A program made the translations under genes and the position numbers. Under the pieces are notes generated by a model. The model saw nothing but the letters and a program-made list of their open reading frames with translations. It did no database searches and was not told the DNA's origin. A stretch of 47,926 nt of DNA from an uncultured bacterium (GTDB lineage: Bacteria > Patescibacteriota > Patescibacteriia > UBA1558 > GWA2-36-10): NCBI GenBank assembly GCA_903876815.1, contig CAIRBL010000087.1, forward strand, positions 1-47,926, in the 5' to 3' direction. Of this stretch, positions 33,008 to 41,761 are shown piece after piece; position 1 is the stretch's first letter, and each line of letters starts with the position of its first letter.

Positions 33008-35754
33008 ATTTCTAGTTTTTCTTGTTCGTACCAGTTTTGCCCTATTTCTAAATCTACTACCAAAGGCACGCTTAAAGTGTAGATGTTTTCCATAGTATCC
33101 TTGACGAATTTAGCCACTTTTTCTAAATCTTTATTGGGCACTTCAAAAACTAATTCATCATGTACTTGTAAAAGCATCTTAGAGCCAATACTTATTTTTG
33201 GCAAGTTGGAGTGGAGCTTGATCATGGCCAACTTGAGAAGATCGGCGGCTGTGCCTTGAATGGGCATATTGATGGCCATACGTTCAGCGGCAGCTTTCAG
33301 CTGTGGCAAGGAAGAGTGAATATCTGGCAATTGTCTTTGGCGACCAAATAAAGTTTGGACATAGCCATGCTGAACAGCAAATTTTTTGGTGTTATCTAAA
33401 TAGTCTTTTATTTTTTTATAGGCAGCAAAATAACGCTCAATAAATTCTTTGGCCTCTTGACGACTCATTCCCGTGCGCTGAGCAAGTCCAAGCGATCCTA
33501 AGCCATACAAAATACCAAAATTTACTTCTTTAGCAGTACGACGAATTTCTTTGGTCACTTCAGCCAAAGGAATTTTGTTTATTTCTGCTGCAGTAGCAGT
33601 GTGAATGTCTGCTCCTTTTTTGAAGCTCTCAATCATTTTTGGATCTTTGGATAAAGCAGCCGCTAGACGTAGTTCGATTTGTGAATAGTCAGCTGACAAC
33701 AAAACATAATCTTTGGGCGCGACAAAAGCTTGGCGAATTTTTCTACCCAGTTCAGTACGCATAGGAATGTTTTGTAAGTTTGGATCAGAAGAAGAAAGGC
33801 GTCCTGTTGCGGCGATAGTTTGGTTAAAGCTAGTGTGAATTCTTTTGGTAGTTTTGTTTAAAAGTTCGGGCAGAGCTTTGATATAAGTAGATTGTAATTT
33901 TGTTAGCTCACGATATTCAATAATATGTTCAATGATTGGATGACTATTTTTCATTTTATCTAGTTCAGCTGCCGCGGTAGAAAGGCCAGTTTTAGTTTTT
34001 TTGATACCTTGAGTTTGAATGTTTAGTTTGTCAAATAAAATTTCTTTTAGTTGCAAAGGTGAGGAGACATTAAATTCAGTTCCGGCTAGTTTAAATATTT
34101 TAGTTTTGACTTTTTTGATTTCGTTTGTAAAAGTTTTTTCCATGTCAGCTAAAAATTTTACATCCAAACAAATACCATTGATTTCCATTTCAGCCAACAC
34201 TGGCAACAAAGGCAACTCCATTTTAGTCAGGAGGTCAAAATTTTTAGTTTGTTTGCTTTCAGGTAATAATTTGTGATACAGAGCCAGAGCAATATCAGCA
34301 TCTTCAGCGGCATACCAAGCTAATTTTTCTAGAGGGATATCAGCGACTTTGATATCTTTCTTTTTAGTATCCACGTCCACTAAATCGCTCAATTTTGATT
34401 TTTGATAGCCTAAATAGCTGAAAGCCAATTCTTCTAGTTTGAGACCTCTATTGGGATTAACTAAATAAGCAGCAATCAAAGTGTCAAAACAAATGCCCTT
34501 TAAAGTGATGTCTAAAGCTCTTAAAACTTTATAATCAAATTTTAAGTTATGACCAGTTTTTTGAATTTTTTCATCTTCTAAAATTGGCCTTAGTTTTTCT
34601 ATGGCTATTTTTTTTAATTCTTTATTTTTTAAATTAAGATAAAAGCCCTGATCACTTTGCCAAGCAAAAGAGCAACCTAAAATTTGGTCGTTGATAGTAT
34701 CCAAGCCTTCAGTTTCCGTATCAAAAGCAAAGAGTTTTGCTTTTTTGAGTTTAGCTAAAAATATTTCAAAAGTTTTTAGATCATCAATCAACTGGTAATC
34801 TTTATTAGTAACAGTCTGTTGACTGGCACTCAGTGGTTTTGGATTAGCATCAGCTTTAATATGGACGGCTGCGTTATCATTGTTTGGTATTTTATTTAGC
34901 AAAGAATTAAATTCAAATTTTTGAAACACTTCTAAAACTTCATTTTTATCAAAATCACCAAATTTCATGGTTTGCAAATCCCAATCTAGTTTCAAATCAG
35001 TGACAATAGTCACTAGATGTTTGCTAGCTAGCGCATTTTTTTGGTCAGCTAATAATAAAGCTCTAGTGCGTTCTTTTATTTTTGGGCTGTCAATATTTTT
35101 ATATAAATTTTCTACATCACCAAACTCACGGATTAAATCACTAGCTGTTTTTTGTCCGATGCCTTTGACACCTTTGATGTTATCAGAGGAGTCTCCCATC
35201 AAAGCCTTGAGATCAATGATTTGTTTAGGCGCTAAATCATATCTATCTTTGACTGCTTGAATATCATAAGTGACGATGTCGTTGAAACCTTTTTTTAAAG
35301 TCAAAACTTTGATGCGATCATTGACGAGTTGTAATGTGTCTAAGTCTCCGGTGACGATAAAAATCTCGAGCTCAGGATATTTTTTGTAAGCTTGCGTAGC
35401 CACTGAACCTAAGATGTCGTCAGCCTCAAACCCGGCTTTACTCAAAATGGGAATTTTTAAGGCATCAAGCACCTCTCGTGCCAATGGTATCTGGTCATAA
35501 AACTCGTCAGCCTGTTTTGTCCTTTGGGCTTTATAATTGTCATATTCGGTGTGTCGAAAAGTCGGTCCCGCTAGGTCAAAAGCAGCCATTATATAGTCCG
35601 GCTGGCTCTGCTTTATGATATTTAGCACTAAGGAGCTAAAGCCATAGACAGCGTTCACTAGCAGGCCATTTTTGGTCTCTAGCGGGGGTATAGCGTGCCA
35701 GGCTCGGTGAAGTAGGGCATAGGAGTCAATAATGACGAGTTTTTGTTTGTTCAT
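33004..35754 (-). CDS. polA: DNA polymerase I
   Basis: 5'-nuclease, 3'-5' exonuclease-like and polymerase domains. Motif A LLSADYSQIELR and motif C LQVHDELVFE. Confidence 0.95.
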   Translation of the reverse strand: MNKQKLVIIDSYALLHRAWHAIPPLETKNGLLVNAVYGFSSLVLNIIKQSQPDYIMAAFDLAGPTFRHTEYDNYKAQRTKQADEFYDQIPLAREVLDALKIPILSKAGFEADDILGSVATQAYKKYPELEIFIVTGDLDTLQLVNDRIKVLTLKKGFNDIVTYDIQAVKDRYDLAPKQIIDLKALMGDSSDNIKGVKGIGQKTASDLIREFGDVENLYKNIDSPKIKERTRALLLADQKNALASKHLVTIVTDLKLDWDLQTMKFGDFDKNEVLEVFQKFEFNSLLNKIPNNDNAAVHIKADANPKPLSASQQTVTNKDYQLIDDLKTFEIFLAKLKKAKLFAFDTETEGLDTINDQILGCSFAWQSDQGFYLNLKNKELKKIAIEKLRPILEDEKIQKTGHNLKFDYKVLRALDITLKGICFDTLIAAYLVNPNRGLKLEELAFSYLGYQKSKLSDLVDVDTKKKDIKVADIPLEKLAWYAAEDADIALALYHKLLPESKQTKNFDLLTKMELPLLPVLAEMEINGICLDVKFLADMEKTFTNEIKKVKTKIFKLAGTEFNVSSPLQLKEILFDKLNIQTQGIKKTKTGLSTAAAELDKMKNSHPIIEHIIEYRELTKLQSTYIKALPELLNKTTKRIHTSFNQTIAATGRLSSSDPNLQNIPMRTELGRKIRQAFVAPKDYVLLSADYSQIELRLAAALSKDPKMIESFKKGADIHTATAAEINKIPLAEVTKEIRRTAKEVNFGILYGLGSLGLAQRTGMSRQEAKEFIERYFAAYKKIKDYLDNTKKFAVQHGYVQTLFGRQRQLPDIHSSLPQLKAAAERMAINMPIQGTAADLLKLAMIKLHSNLPKISIGSKMLLQVHDELVFEVPNKDLEKVAKFVKDTMENIYTLSVPLVVDLEIGQNWYEQEKLEI

Positions 35755-35760
35755 AGGGTG

Positions 35761-35769
35761 ATTTTAGCA
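35761..35769 (-). promoter_or_regulatory. Extended -10 (TGCTAAAAT) placed for a leaderless polA transcript
   Basis: The minus strand reads TGCTAAAAT-caccct-ATG (6-nt spacer). Confidence 0.5.
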
Positions 35770-35794
35770 TTTTTGGGAGAGAAAATAAAGAAAT

Positions 35795-35835
35795 AAAAAA
35801 GGACCAGGCAGAGTCGTGATGACCCCGCTTGATCC
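35795..35835 (-). terminator. GC-rich rho-independent terminator of the orphan gene
   Basis: The minus strand reads GGATCAAGCGGGGTC-atcac-GACTCTGCCTGGTCC, a 15-position stem with one mismatch and a few G-U pairs, followed by TTTTTTATTT. Confidence 0.65.
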
Positions 35836-35865
35836 AAGGGCAGTTGCCCTGAGGAGCGTTTGATT

Positions 35866-36492
35866 CTATTGGATGAGTATCATATATGGATCGGCGGGGT
35901 TTTTCTTAGCCATTTCCACCGCCACACCTATAACTTCAATCGGACTTTGAGCTAGATTCAAATCAAGCCATGTACGAAGTTCTCTTGCGATGTCATTTGG
36001 ATTTTGGTTAGTCGCAAGAACTTCGCTTGCTTCAGAGCGAAACAATTTTTGTGTACGACGATCCCACCAGCCATCCCCCCAGTTTTCAAAATAGTCTTTA
36101 GCATTTTTTTGAAATGCCACACTATCAAACCCACTTCCGTTCGTGGCTGGGCTATGACGCAGACAAGTCACCACTGATATAGTGGCTATGCCGCCAAAAG
36201 ACTCTTTTAGGGTGGAAGGTTTGTAGCTTGCTCTATATCGTACTTCATCATACCATCCCAATTGATATGATCCTTGATTTATGACTATGCCGGCAAATCT
36301 TTCCTTAAAGGGCGAGGTATTGACTATATAGCCAATTTCACCGTCTCCAATATATCCGTGTTCAGGATTAAATCCAAATAAAATGAACAAGCCACAAAAG
36401 ATCAAGAGAGCGATTATTAGAAAATTGAGTAATGCTCCTAATTTGATCTTTGCTATTTCTTTGTAGCGTGCGTCTTTGTTTTGCTCGTTCAT
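35866..36492 (-). CDS. Orphan N-terminally membrane-anchored protein (weak SPFH/band-7-like resemblance)
   Basis: One TM helix (LLNFLIIALLIFCGLFILFGF), SD GGGG, and a high share of G/C-ending codons. The SPFH resemblance is only an impression. Confidence 0.55.
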   Translation of the reverse strand: MNEQNKDARYKEIAKIKLGALLNFLIIALLIFCGLFILFGFNPEHGYIGDGEIGYIVNTSPFKERFAGIVINQGSYQLGWYDEVRYRASYKPSTLKESFGGIATISVVTCLRHSPATNGSGFDSVAFQKNAKDYFENWGDGWWDRRTQKLFRSEASEVLATNQNPNDIARELRTWLDLNLAQSPIEVIGVAVEMAKKNPADPYMILIQ

Positions 36493-36502
36493 GATGCGCC
36501 CC

Positions 36503-36544
36503 TTTTGTGAATGTGCGTTGACTTATCACAAAACAATTTTGTGA
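36503..36544 (-). promoter_or_regulatory. Operator-like repeats: an inverted pair tcacaaaa / ttttgtga plus a third half-site
   Basis: ttttgtga at 36503-36510, tcacaaaa at 36526-33 and ttttgtga at 36537-44. All lie between the promoter and the SD of the orphan gene. Confidence 0.45.
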
Positions 36545-36551
36545 ATAAAAT

Positions 36552-36580
36552 ATTCTACCAAGTATTAAATATTTTGTCAA
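36552..36580 (-). promoter_or_regulatory. Near-consensus promoter (TTGACA-17-TAGAAT)
   Basis: On the minus strand the -35 is at 36580-36575 and the -10 at 36557-36552. Confidence 0.65.
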
Positions 36581-36666
36581 TATTATATTAAATAAAAAAT
36601 AAGCCCTAAGAGCTCATTGTATGAAGTCCCTCGCCTGCGCTCGGGGCACCCTTCGCAAGCGAAGGG

Positions 36667-36740
<74 letters not shown>

Positions 36741-37075
36741 TTGTTTACAAAACAAGATGTTTTTAATTTAGCAGATTTGTCAGCATTTTTCAAGTCTTTA
36801 GAGGCCGTATTCTTTTAAGTTGTGCCCGTGTTTTTTATGCAGTTTAGCACTTAAAGTTTGACTAAATGACCGGTGTAAAATTGGACTACTTAATATACCT
36901 AAGATAATTGGACTCGCAATAATAAGATGTTCCATAGTTTATTTTTGTTTATTTTTTAAAGACGTGATTTTTGAGGGGGAAGATTATTGTAGCACAAGTT
37001 ATCTTTTTTTTCTATCTGCAAAAATGTGGATAATTTTGTAAACAAAAAACAGCCTGATTATAAGCTGATTTTTGG

Positions 37076-37161
37076 TGGTACCGGCGATCGGACTTGAACC
37101 GATACGACCAGAGGTCACAGGATTTTAAGTCCTGCGTGTCTACCAATTCCACCACGCCGGC
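37076..37161 (-). tRNA. tRNA-Leu (UAA), long variable arm, CCA encoded
   Basis: Anticodon stem-loop CAGGA-CTTAAAA-TCCTG, variable arm GACC..GGTC, T-arm ATCGG-TTCAAGT-CCGAT. Confidence 0.9.
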
Positions 37162-37164
37162 AAA

Positions 37165-37241
37165 TGGAGCGAGTGACCGGGCTCGAACCGGCGACCTTTT
37201 CCTTGGCAAGGAAACGTTCTAGCCAACTGAACTACACTCGC
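37165..37241 (-). tRNA. tRNA-Gly (GCC), CCA encoded
   Basis: Acceptor GCGAGTG/CACTCGC, anticodon stem-loop TTTCC-TTGCCAA-GGAAA. Only 3 nt separate it from tRNA-Leu. Confidence 0.9.
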
Positions 37242-37258
37242 ATGAAAATAACATAAGT

Positions 37259-37286
37259 ATTATACTGAAAAATAGCCAAAAGTCAA
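37259..37286 (-). promoter_or_regulatory. Promoter of the tRNA-Gly/tRNA-Leu unit (TTGACT-16-TATAAT)
   Basis: On the minus strand the -35 is at 37286-37281 and the -10 at 37264-37259, about 17 nt upstream of the tRNA-Gly 5' end. Confidence 0.6.
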
Positions 37287-37296
37287 GGCTCTTGAG

Positions 37297-38082
37297 TTAG
37301 GCCCAACTTTTAAGTTTTTTTTGTAGGGTAGAATAAATTTTTTGGTTGCTAGCCAATAAGTCTTTTGTTTGTAGTGTCCAGTCTTTGCCTTGCCAATCAG
37401 TAGTTTTTCCTCCGGCTTCTTGCACCAAAATAATACCAGAGGCTATATCCCAAAGTTTTGGTTTTGGCACAATTAAGCTTTCAGTGTGCCCTGAGGCCAC
37501 CATAGCTAGTTCAAAAGTAGTACTACCAAAATGACGACAGTCTCGAGCTTGATCATGAAAGTATTGATAAAGCTTATAGGCTTGCTGGCGACTAGTTTTA
37601 TTTTGTCCATGACAATAAGTCAGAAAAGATTTTTTTAGTTTATCAATTGTTGAAACTCGTATCTTTTTATTATTACAATAAGCTCCTTGATTTTTGATCG
37701 CCCAATATAGCTCGTTTAAAATAGGCACATAAGTGACGCCCAAAACAATTTCATTTTGATAAACTAGACTGACAGATACAGTAAACAGTGGATTGTGAAT
37801 AGTAAAATTACTCGTGCCATCTAGCGGATCAACGATCCAAAAATAAGGACTATCTTTTTTATCTAAGCCACTTTCTTCGGATAAAATACCATAGCTAGGA
37901 AAATATTTTTTGAGCTCGTTTAAAATAATGTTTTCTGATTTTTTATCTAAATCAGTCACAATTTCATCATGAGCTTTATATTTATCTTTGTTTCTCTGAT
38001 ATTTGCCAAATTCTTTTTCTAGCATTTCGCCAGATTTGGTAATAATATTTTTAACAATTTTTAATTCGTTGGAGTAATTCAT
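37297..38082 (-). CDS. Inositol monophosphatase-family phosphatase
   Basis: WIVDPLDGTSNF motif and the downstream WDIASG motif. Confidence 0.8.
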   Translation of the reverse strand: MNYSNELKIVKNIITKSGEMLEKEFGKYQRNKDKYKAHDEIVTDLDKKSENIILNELKKYFPSYGILSEESGLDKKDSPYFWIVDPLDGTSNFTIHNPLFTVSVSLVYQNEIVLGVTYVPILNELYWAIKNQGAYCNNKKIRVSTIDKLKKSFLTYCHGQNKTSRQQAYKLYQYFHDQARDCRHFGSTTFELAMVASGHTESLIVPKPKLWDIASGIILVQEAGGKTTDWQGKDWTLQTKDLLASNQKIYSTLQKKLKSWA

Positions 38083-38588
38083 TTTATTTCGTTTAATAAA
38101 ATTAATTTGGCTTTTAGATTATTTAAATCGATAATGGCAAAAGTTGGTGCGCAGCGTATATTTGCAATATTACCGGGATTCAAAAGTTTAGTTGTGCCAA
38201 TTTTTTCTTCCCATGGCAGATGTGTATGTCCAGCTAGAGCTAGTGTATATTTATTGGGGTAATGAAGAATAATTTTTTTTATAATTTCTGGGTAGTGCCC
38301 AAAAATAATTTTTTGCTTATTTAATTCCACTGCAGCCACATTGGCAGAAAAGTTAATTTTTTTTAAATTGGCTCTTAATTTTTTTTCACCAATAATATCT
38401 TTATCAGCATTACCCATTACTGCCCAAACAGGAATTTTAAGTTCATCTAATAGTTGCCATGACTCTAGACTTTGTAGGTCGCCTGTAGAAATCAAATAAT
38501 CAACTTGTTCTTTTTGGATATAGTCTAAAGCTTTTTGTAAATTAACCAAATTATCATGGACATCAGAAATAACGGCAAGTTTATTCAT
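38079..38588 (-). CDS. YfcE-like metallophosphoesterase
   Basis: Motifs VISDVHDN, TGDL, GNAD and GHTH. The start at 38588 (MNKLAVISD) is favoured by the TATAAT-N6-ATG geometry. An ATG at 38594 is an alternative, and the track start at 38687 is rejected. Confidence 0.75.
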   Translation of the reverse strand: MNKLAVISDVHDNLVNLQKALDYIQKEQVDYLISTGDLQSLESWQLLDELKIPVWAVMGNADKDIIGEKKLRANLKKINFSANVAAVELNKQKIIFGHYPEIIKKIILHYPNKYTLALAGHTHLPWEEKIGTTKLLNPGNIANIRCAPTFAIIDLNNLKAKLILLNEIK

Positions 38589-38594
38589 AGACAT

Positions 38595-38600
38595 ATTATA
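38595..38600 (-). promoter_or_regulatory. -10 box (TATAAT) placed for a leaderless transcript
   Basis: The minus strand reads TATAAT-atgtct-ATG(38588). Confidence 0.45.
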
Positions 38601-38618
38601 CCTTAAATTTATAAAAGG

Positions 38619-38649
38619 AAAAACTCTCACCTCAGGGTAGAGGCGAGAG
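38619..38649 (-). terminator. Rho-independent terminator of the orphan helical-protein gene
   Basis: The minus strand reads CTCTCGCCTC-taccct-GAGGTGAGAG followed by TTTTTCCTTTT. Confidence 0.65.
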
Positions 38650-38676
38650 CGTGTGGACTTGTGATAGGCAAGCAAG

Positions 38677-39075
38677 TCAGGGTGCAAGTTTTTTTTCCAT
38701 TGCCCTGTGCAGACCTGCTACTGTCAAGTTTTTCTGGGGACAGAGAGGAGCAAAGGCTTGGAGAAAAAATTTGCCGTTGAGTTCAAGCCAGGTATCAAGA
38801 ACCATATATGAAGACAATGTGCCATGATCTGACAGTTGGACGATATAGTGAAGTTCCCAGAGGGCAATTGTGATTATTTGCTTGACGCTCAGTACGCCAA
38901 GTAATGTTTCGATCTCCTCTGAGTTACGGAAGTAGGTTTTGAAAGCATGGTGTCTTAGGTTTTGGATCAGTCGATCATCGACGATACTGTCGCGTATGAT
39001 CAGCAACCAACGTAAATAGCTAATGTATTCTTCATAAGAGTTTAGCTTATTTTTGTTGGCAATTATACCAGACAT
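38677..39075 (-). CDS. Orphan 132-aa helical protein, function unknown
   Basis: Consensus SD GGAGG 8 nt upstream of the ATG at 39075. Higher G+C than most neighbours. No motif assigned with confidence. Confidence 0.55.
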   Translation of the reverse strand: MSGIIANKNKLNSYEEYISYLRWLLIIRDSIVDDRLIQNLRHHAFKTYFRNSEEIETLLGVLSVKQIITIALWELHYIVQLSDHGTLSSYMVLDTWLELNGKFFLQAFAPLCPQKNLTVAGLHRAMEKKLAP

Positions 39076-39151
39076 TTGAGTTACCTCCATTGTTACACAA
39101 GGTGCATTGTTCCTATTTACCCTAGCATTTTAAAAATGGTCTGTAAAGTTT

Positions 39152-40393
39152 TTATAGATATTTTTTTGGTCCAAATTTATCCGGCCAATGTTGTTGATTT
39201 TGTATTTCTTGGGCGCTTGAGTCGGGCGCGTATTTATAATTTTTACCGTAGCCTAATTCTTTCATCAATTTTGTAGGCGCATTGCGTAAAACCAAAGGCA
39301 CTCCAAGTGTGCTAGTGTTTTGAGCGTCTGTGGCCGCTTGCCCATAAGCAGTATAGAGGGCGTTAGATTTTTTAGTTTTAGCTAAATAAACTACAGTTTC
39401 AGCTAGGGCTAATTTACCCTCTGGAAGCCCAATAAAATGTAAAGCATCTTTGGCAGCGACGGCGACTACTAAAGCATGACTATCAGCAATACCGACATCT
39501 TCACAAGCAAAACGAATCAATCGTCTCGCTACATAAAGTGGATCTTCACCAGCTTCCAGCATGCGCGCTAACCAATAAAGAGCAGCGTCGGGGTCTGAGT
39601 CACGTAAGCATTTGTGTAAAGCAGAAATTATATTATAATGCTCTTCTCCATTTTTATCATAATACAAAATTGAGCTTTGAATTGCCTCTTTGATATCTTC
39701 TTCTTTCAAAGTTTCGTTATTTTTTCCAACTACTGCAATCTCTAAAGCAGTCAGTAAACTACGCGCATCACCACCAGCAAAGTCTATTAATATTTTTTCA
39801 GCTTTTTTATTTAGCTTTATTTTTTTAGAGGCTAAAATAAATTTTTTGTCGTTCAAAGCCCTTTTTAATATATGACTTAAGTCTAAATCACTTAAAGATT
39901 TTAAGGTCAGCACTCGACAGCGAGATAGTAGGGCAGAGTTAAGAGAGAAAGAGGGATTTTCAGTTGTGGCACCAATTAAGATCAAAATACCTTTTTCTAC
40001 ATAAGGCAAAAGTACATCTTGTTGTCCTTTATTAAAACGATGAATTTCATCTAAAAATAAAATTGTTTTGGTTTGAAAAAAGTTTAAATCAGTTTCAGCT
40101 ACTTGAGCTAATTTTTTAATTTCTGCTACCCCGATTAAGACTGCTGAAGAGGCGATAAATTTAGCTTTGATATTTTTGGCAATGATTTGTGCCAAGGTAG
40201 TTTTTCCTACTCCTGGAGGTCCCCAAAAAATTATAGAGCTTAAAGCTTGGTGCTTTAGCATTTGATCTAAAATTTTATTTGGACCCAAAATATGTTCTTG
40301 ACCAAAGTATTGGTCTAAACTCTCTGGTCTTAAAATATCTGCTAATGGTTGCTGGTTTTCCATAGATTTTGTGTTCATTTTTAAGGGTAGCAT
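39152..40393 (-). CDS. rarA: Replication-associated recombination protein A (AAA+ ATPase)
   Basis: Walker A GPPGVGKTT, Walker B LFLDEIHRF and a MgsA C-terminal domain. Alternative starts at 40378 and 40363. Confidence 0.85.
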   Translation of the reverse strand: MLPLKMNTKSMENQQPLADILRPESLDQYFGQEHILGPNKILDQMLKHQALSSIIFWGPPGVGKTTLAQIIAKNIKAKFIASSAVLIGVAEIKKLAQVAETDLNFFQTKTILFLDEIHRFNKGQQDVLLPYVEKGILILIGATTENPSFSLNSALLSRCRVLTLKSLSDLDLSHILKRALNDKKFILASKKIKLNKKAEKILIDFAGGDARSLLTALEIAVVGKNNETLKEEDIKEAIQSSILYYDKNGEEHYNIISALHKCLRDSDPDAALYWLARMLEAGEDPLYVARRLIRFACEDVGIADSHALVVAVAAKDALHFIGLPEGKLALAETVVYLAKTKKSNALYTAYGQAATDAQNTSTLGVPLVLRNAPTKLMKELGYGKNYKYAPDSSAQEIQNQQHWPDKFGPKKYL

Positions 40394-40426
40394 TAATATC
40401 TTTTATCTTAGCAGATTTGAGTAAAA

Positions 40427-40456
40427 TAAAAAACTGGCTTAAACAGCCAGTTTTTT
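40427..40456. terminator. Terminator after tig (symmetric A-run and T-run)
   Basis: ctggct-taaac-agccag flanked by A6 and T6. Confidence 0.6.
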
Positions 40457-40458
40457 AT

Positions 40459-41736
40459 TTATTTAACGATTTTATCAGTAACGAATTTTAAGACTTTTTG
40501 GTTTAGCAAAACATTGTTTAGATAACTACGATAATGCGGTTCTTTGAAGTCTATTTTTGAGCCAGCTGCTTGTGCTTGGATTTCTTGATTTTTGATTTCC
40601 GTTTCAATTTCTTCTTCGGTCACTTCGATATTTTCAGTTTCCGCTAAAGTTTTTAAAGCAAGAGTGGCTTGGATTCTTTTGATAGCCTGTTCTCTAAAAT
40701 CATGGTGTAGATCTTCTTCAGTTTTTTTGATAGACTCAAGATATTTATTCATTTCTAAACCTTGATTTTCAACATCGTATCTTAACTCACTGATCATTTT
40801 GTGAATTTCATTGTGAATTAATTTGTCTGGTATTTCTTCAATGCTTGAGGTAGATACTAAAATATCCAAAACTTCTTTTTCGGTTTTTTGTTTAGCTTTA
40901 TTTTGTCTATCGGTGAAAATATTATCACTGATTTGTTTTTTTAAAGCAGCTAAATTATCAAAACCAAATTCCTTAGCCAGCTCATCGTTGAGTTCTGGTA
41001 AAGTTCTTTCAAAAACTTCCAAGACTTTGATTTTAAAATGAGCTTCTTTGTTAGCTAGATTTGCTTGATGGTAATCACTGGGAAAGATTAAGTCAAATTC
41101 TAGCTCTTCACCTGCTTTACTACCAACTAATTTTTCTTCAAAGCCCGGCACCATTCGTCCTTCTCCTAAAATCAAGGGATGTTTGTAACTAGTGCCTCCT
41201 TCTAAAACAGCTTTGTTGATGGAGACTTCAAAATCCATCATGATTTTATCTCCAGTCTTAGCTTCTCTAGCTACCAATGTTTCTTTGGCACGCATTTTTT
41301 TTAATTCGCCCATAGTTTTTTCTAGCTCTTCTTCTGGCACAAGAACTTCTGTAGCTTTGAGACTTTTTTCTTGCCAATTACCCAAAGTGACTTTTGGTAA
41401 TAAAATTACAGTAGCAATATAGACGATAGGATTGCCAGGGGCAAGCTTTTCTATTTTGATATCAGGTTTACCAATAGTCTCAAGTTTTTCTTTGGTAACA
41501 GCTTGGAAAAAAGAATGATTAATAATATCTTCTAAAGCTTCTTGATATATACTCATTTCACCAACTTTGGTTTTGATAATATCATAAGGAGCCTTGCCTG
41601 GTCGAAAGCCAGCAATAGCGCTTTTTTGGCTGAGTTTAAAAGCAGCTTTTTTTAGATGCTCATCAAATTCTTCTAGAGGCACTTCAATAGTAAGTTCTAT
41701 TTGATTTTTGCCTAGATCTTTTTTAGTTATTTGCAT
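40459..41736 (-). CDS. tig: Trigger factor
   Basis: N-terminal ribosome-binding GFRPGKAP motif and a central PPIase-like domain. ATG at 41736 is preferred over the TTG at 41778, which overlaps hppA. Confidence 0.85.
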   Translation of the reverse strand: MQITKKDLGKNQIELTIEVPLEEFDEHLKKAAFKLSQKSAIAGFRPGKAPYDIIKTKVGEMSIYQEALEDIINHSFFQAVTKEKLETIGKPDIKIEKLAPGNPIVYIATVILLPKVTLGNWQEKSLKATEVLVPEEELEKTMGELKKMRAKETLVAREAKTGDKIMMDFEVSINKAVLEGGTSYKHPLILGEGRMVPGFEEKLVGSKAGEELEFDLIFPSDYHQANLANKEAHFKIKVLEVFERTLPELNDELAKEFGFDNLAALKKQISDNIFTDRQNKAKQKTEKEVLDILVSTSSIEEIPDKLIHNEIHKMISELRYDVENQGLEMNKYLESIKKTEEDLHHDFREQAIKRIQATLALKTLAETENIEVTEEEIETEIKNQEIQAQAAGSKIDFKEPHYRSYLNNVLLNQKVLKFVTDKIVK

Positions 41737-41761
41737 AAGTTTAGAAGTTGTTTGTGAGTTT

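Noticed and set aside
37012-37209. 65-aa minus-strand ORF from the track
   Set aside because: It is read straight through tRNA-Leu and tRNA-Gly (37076-37241). The Arg/Pro-rich translation is an artefact of tRNA sequence.
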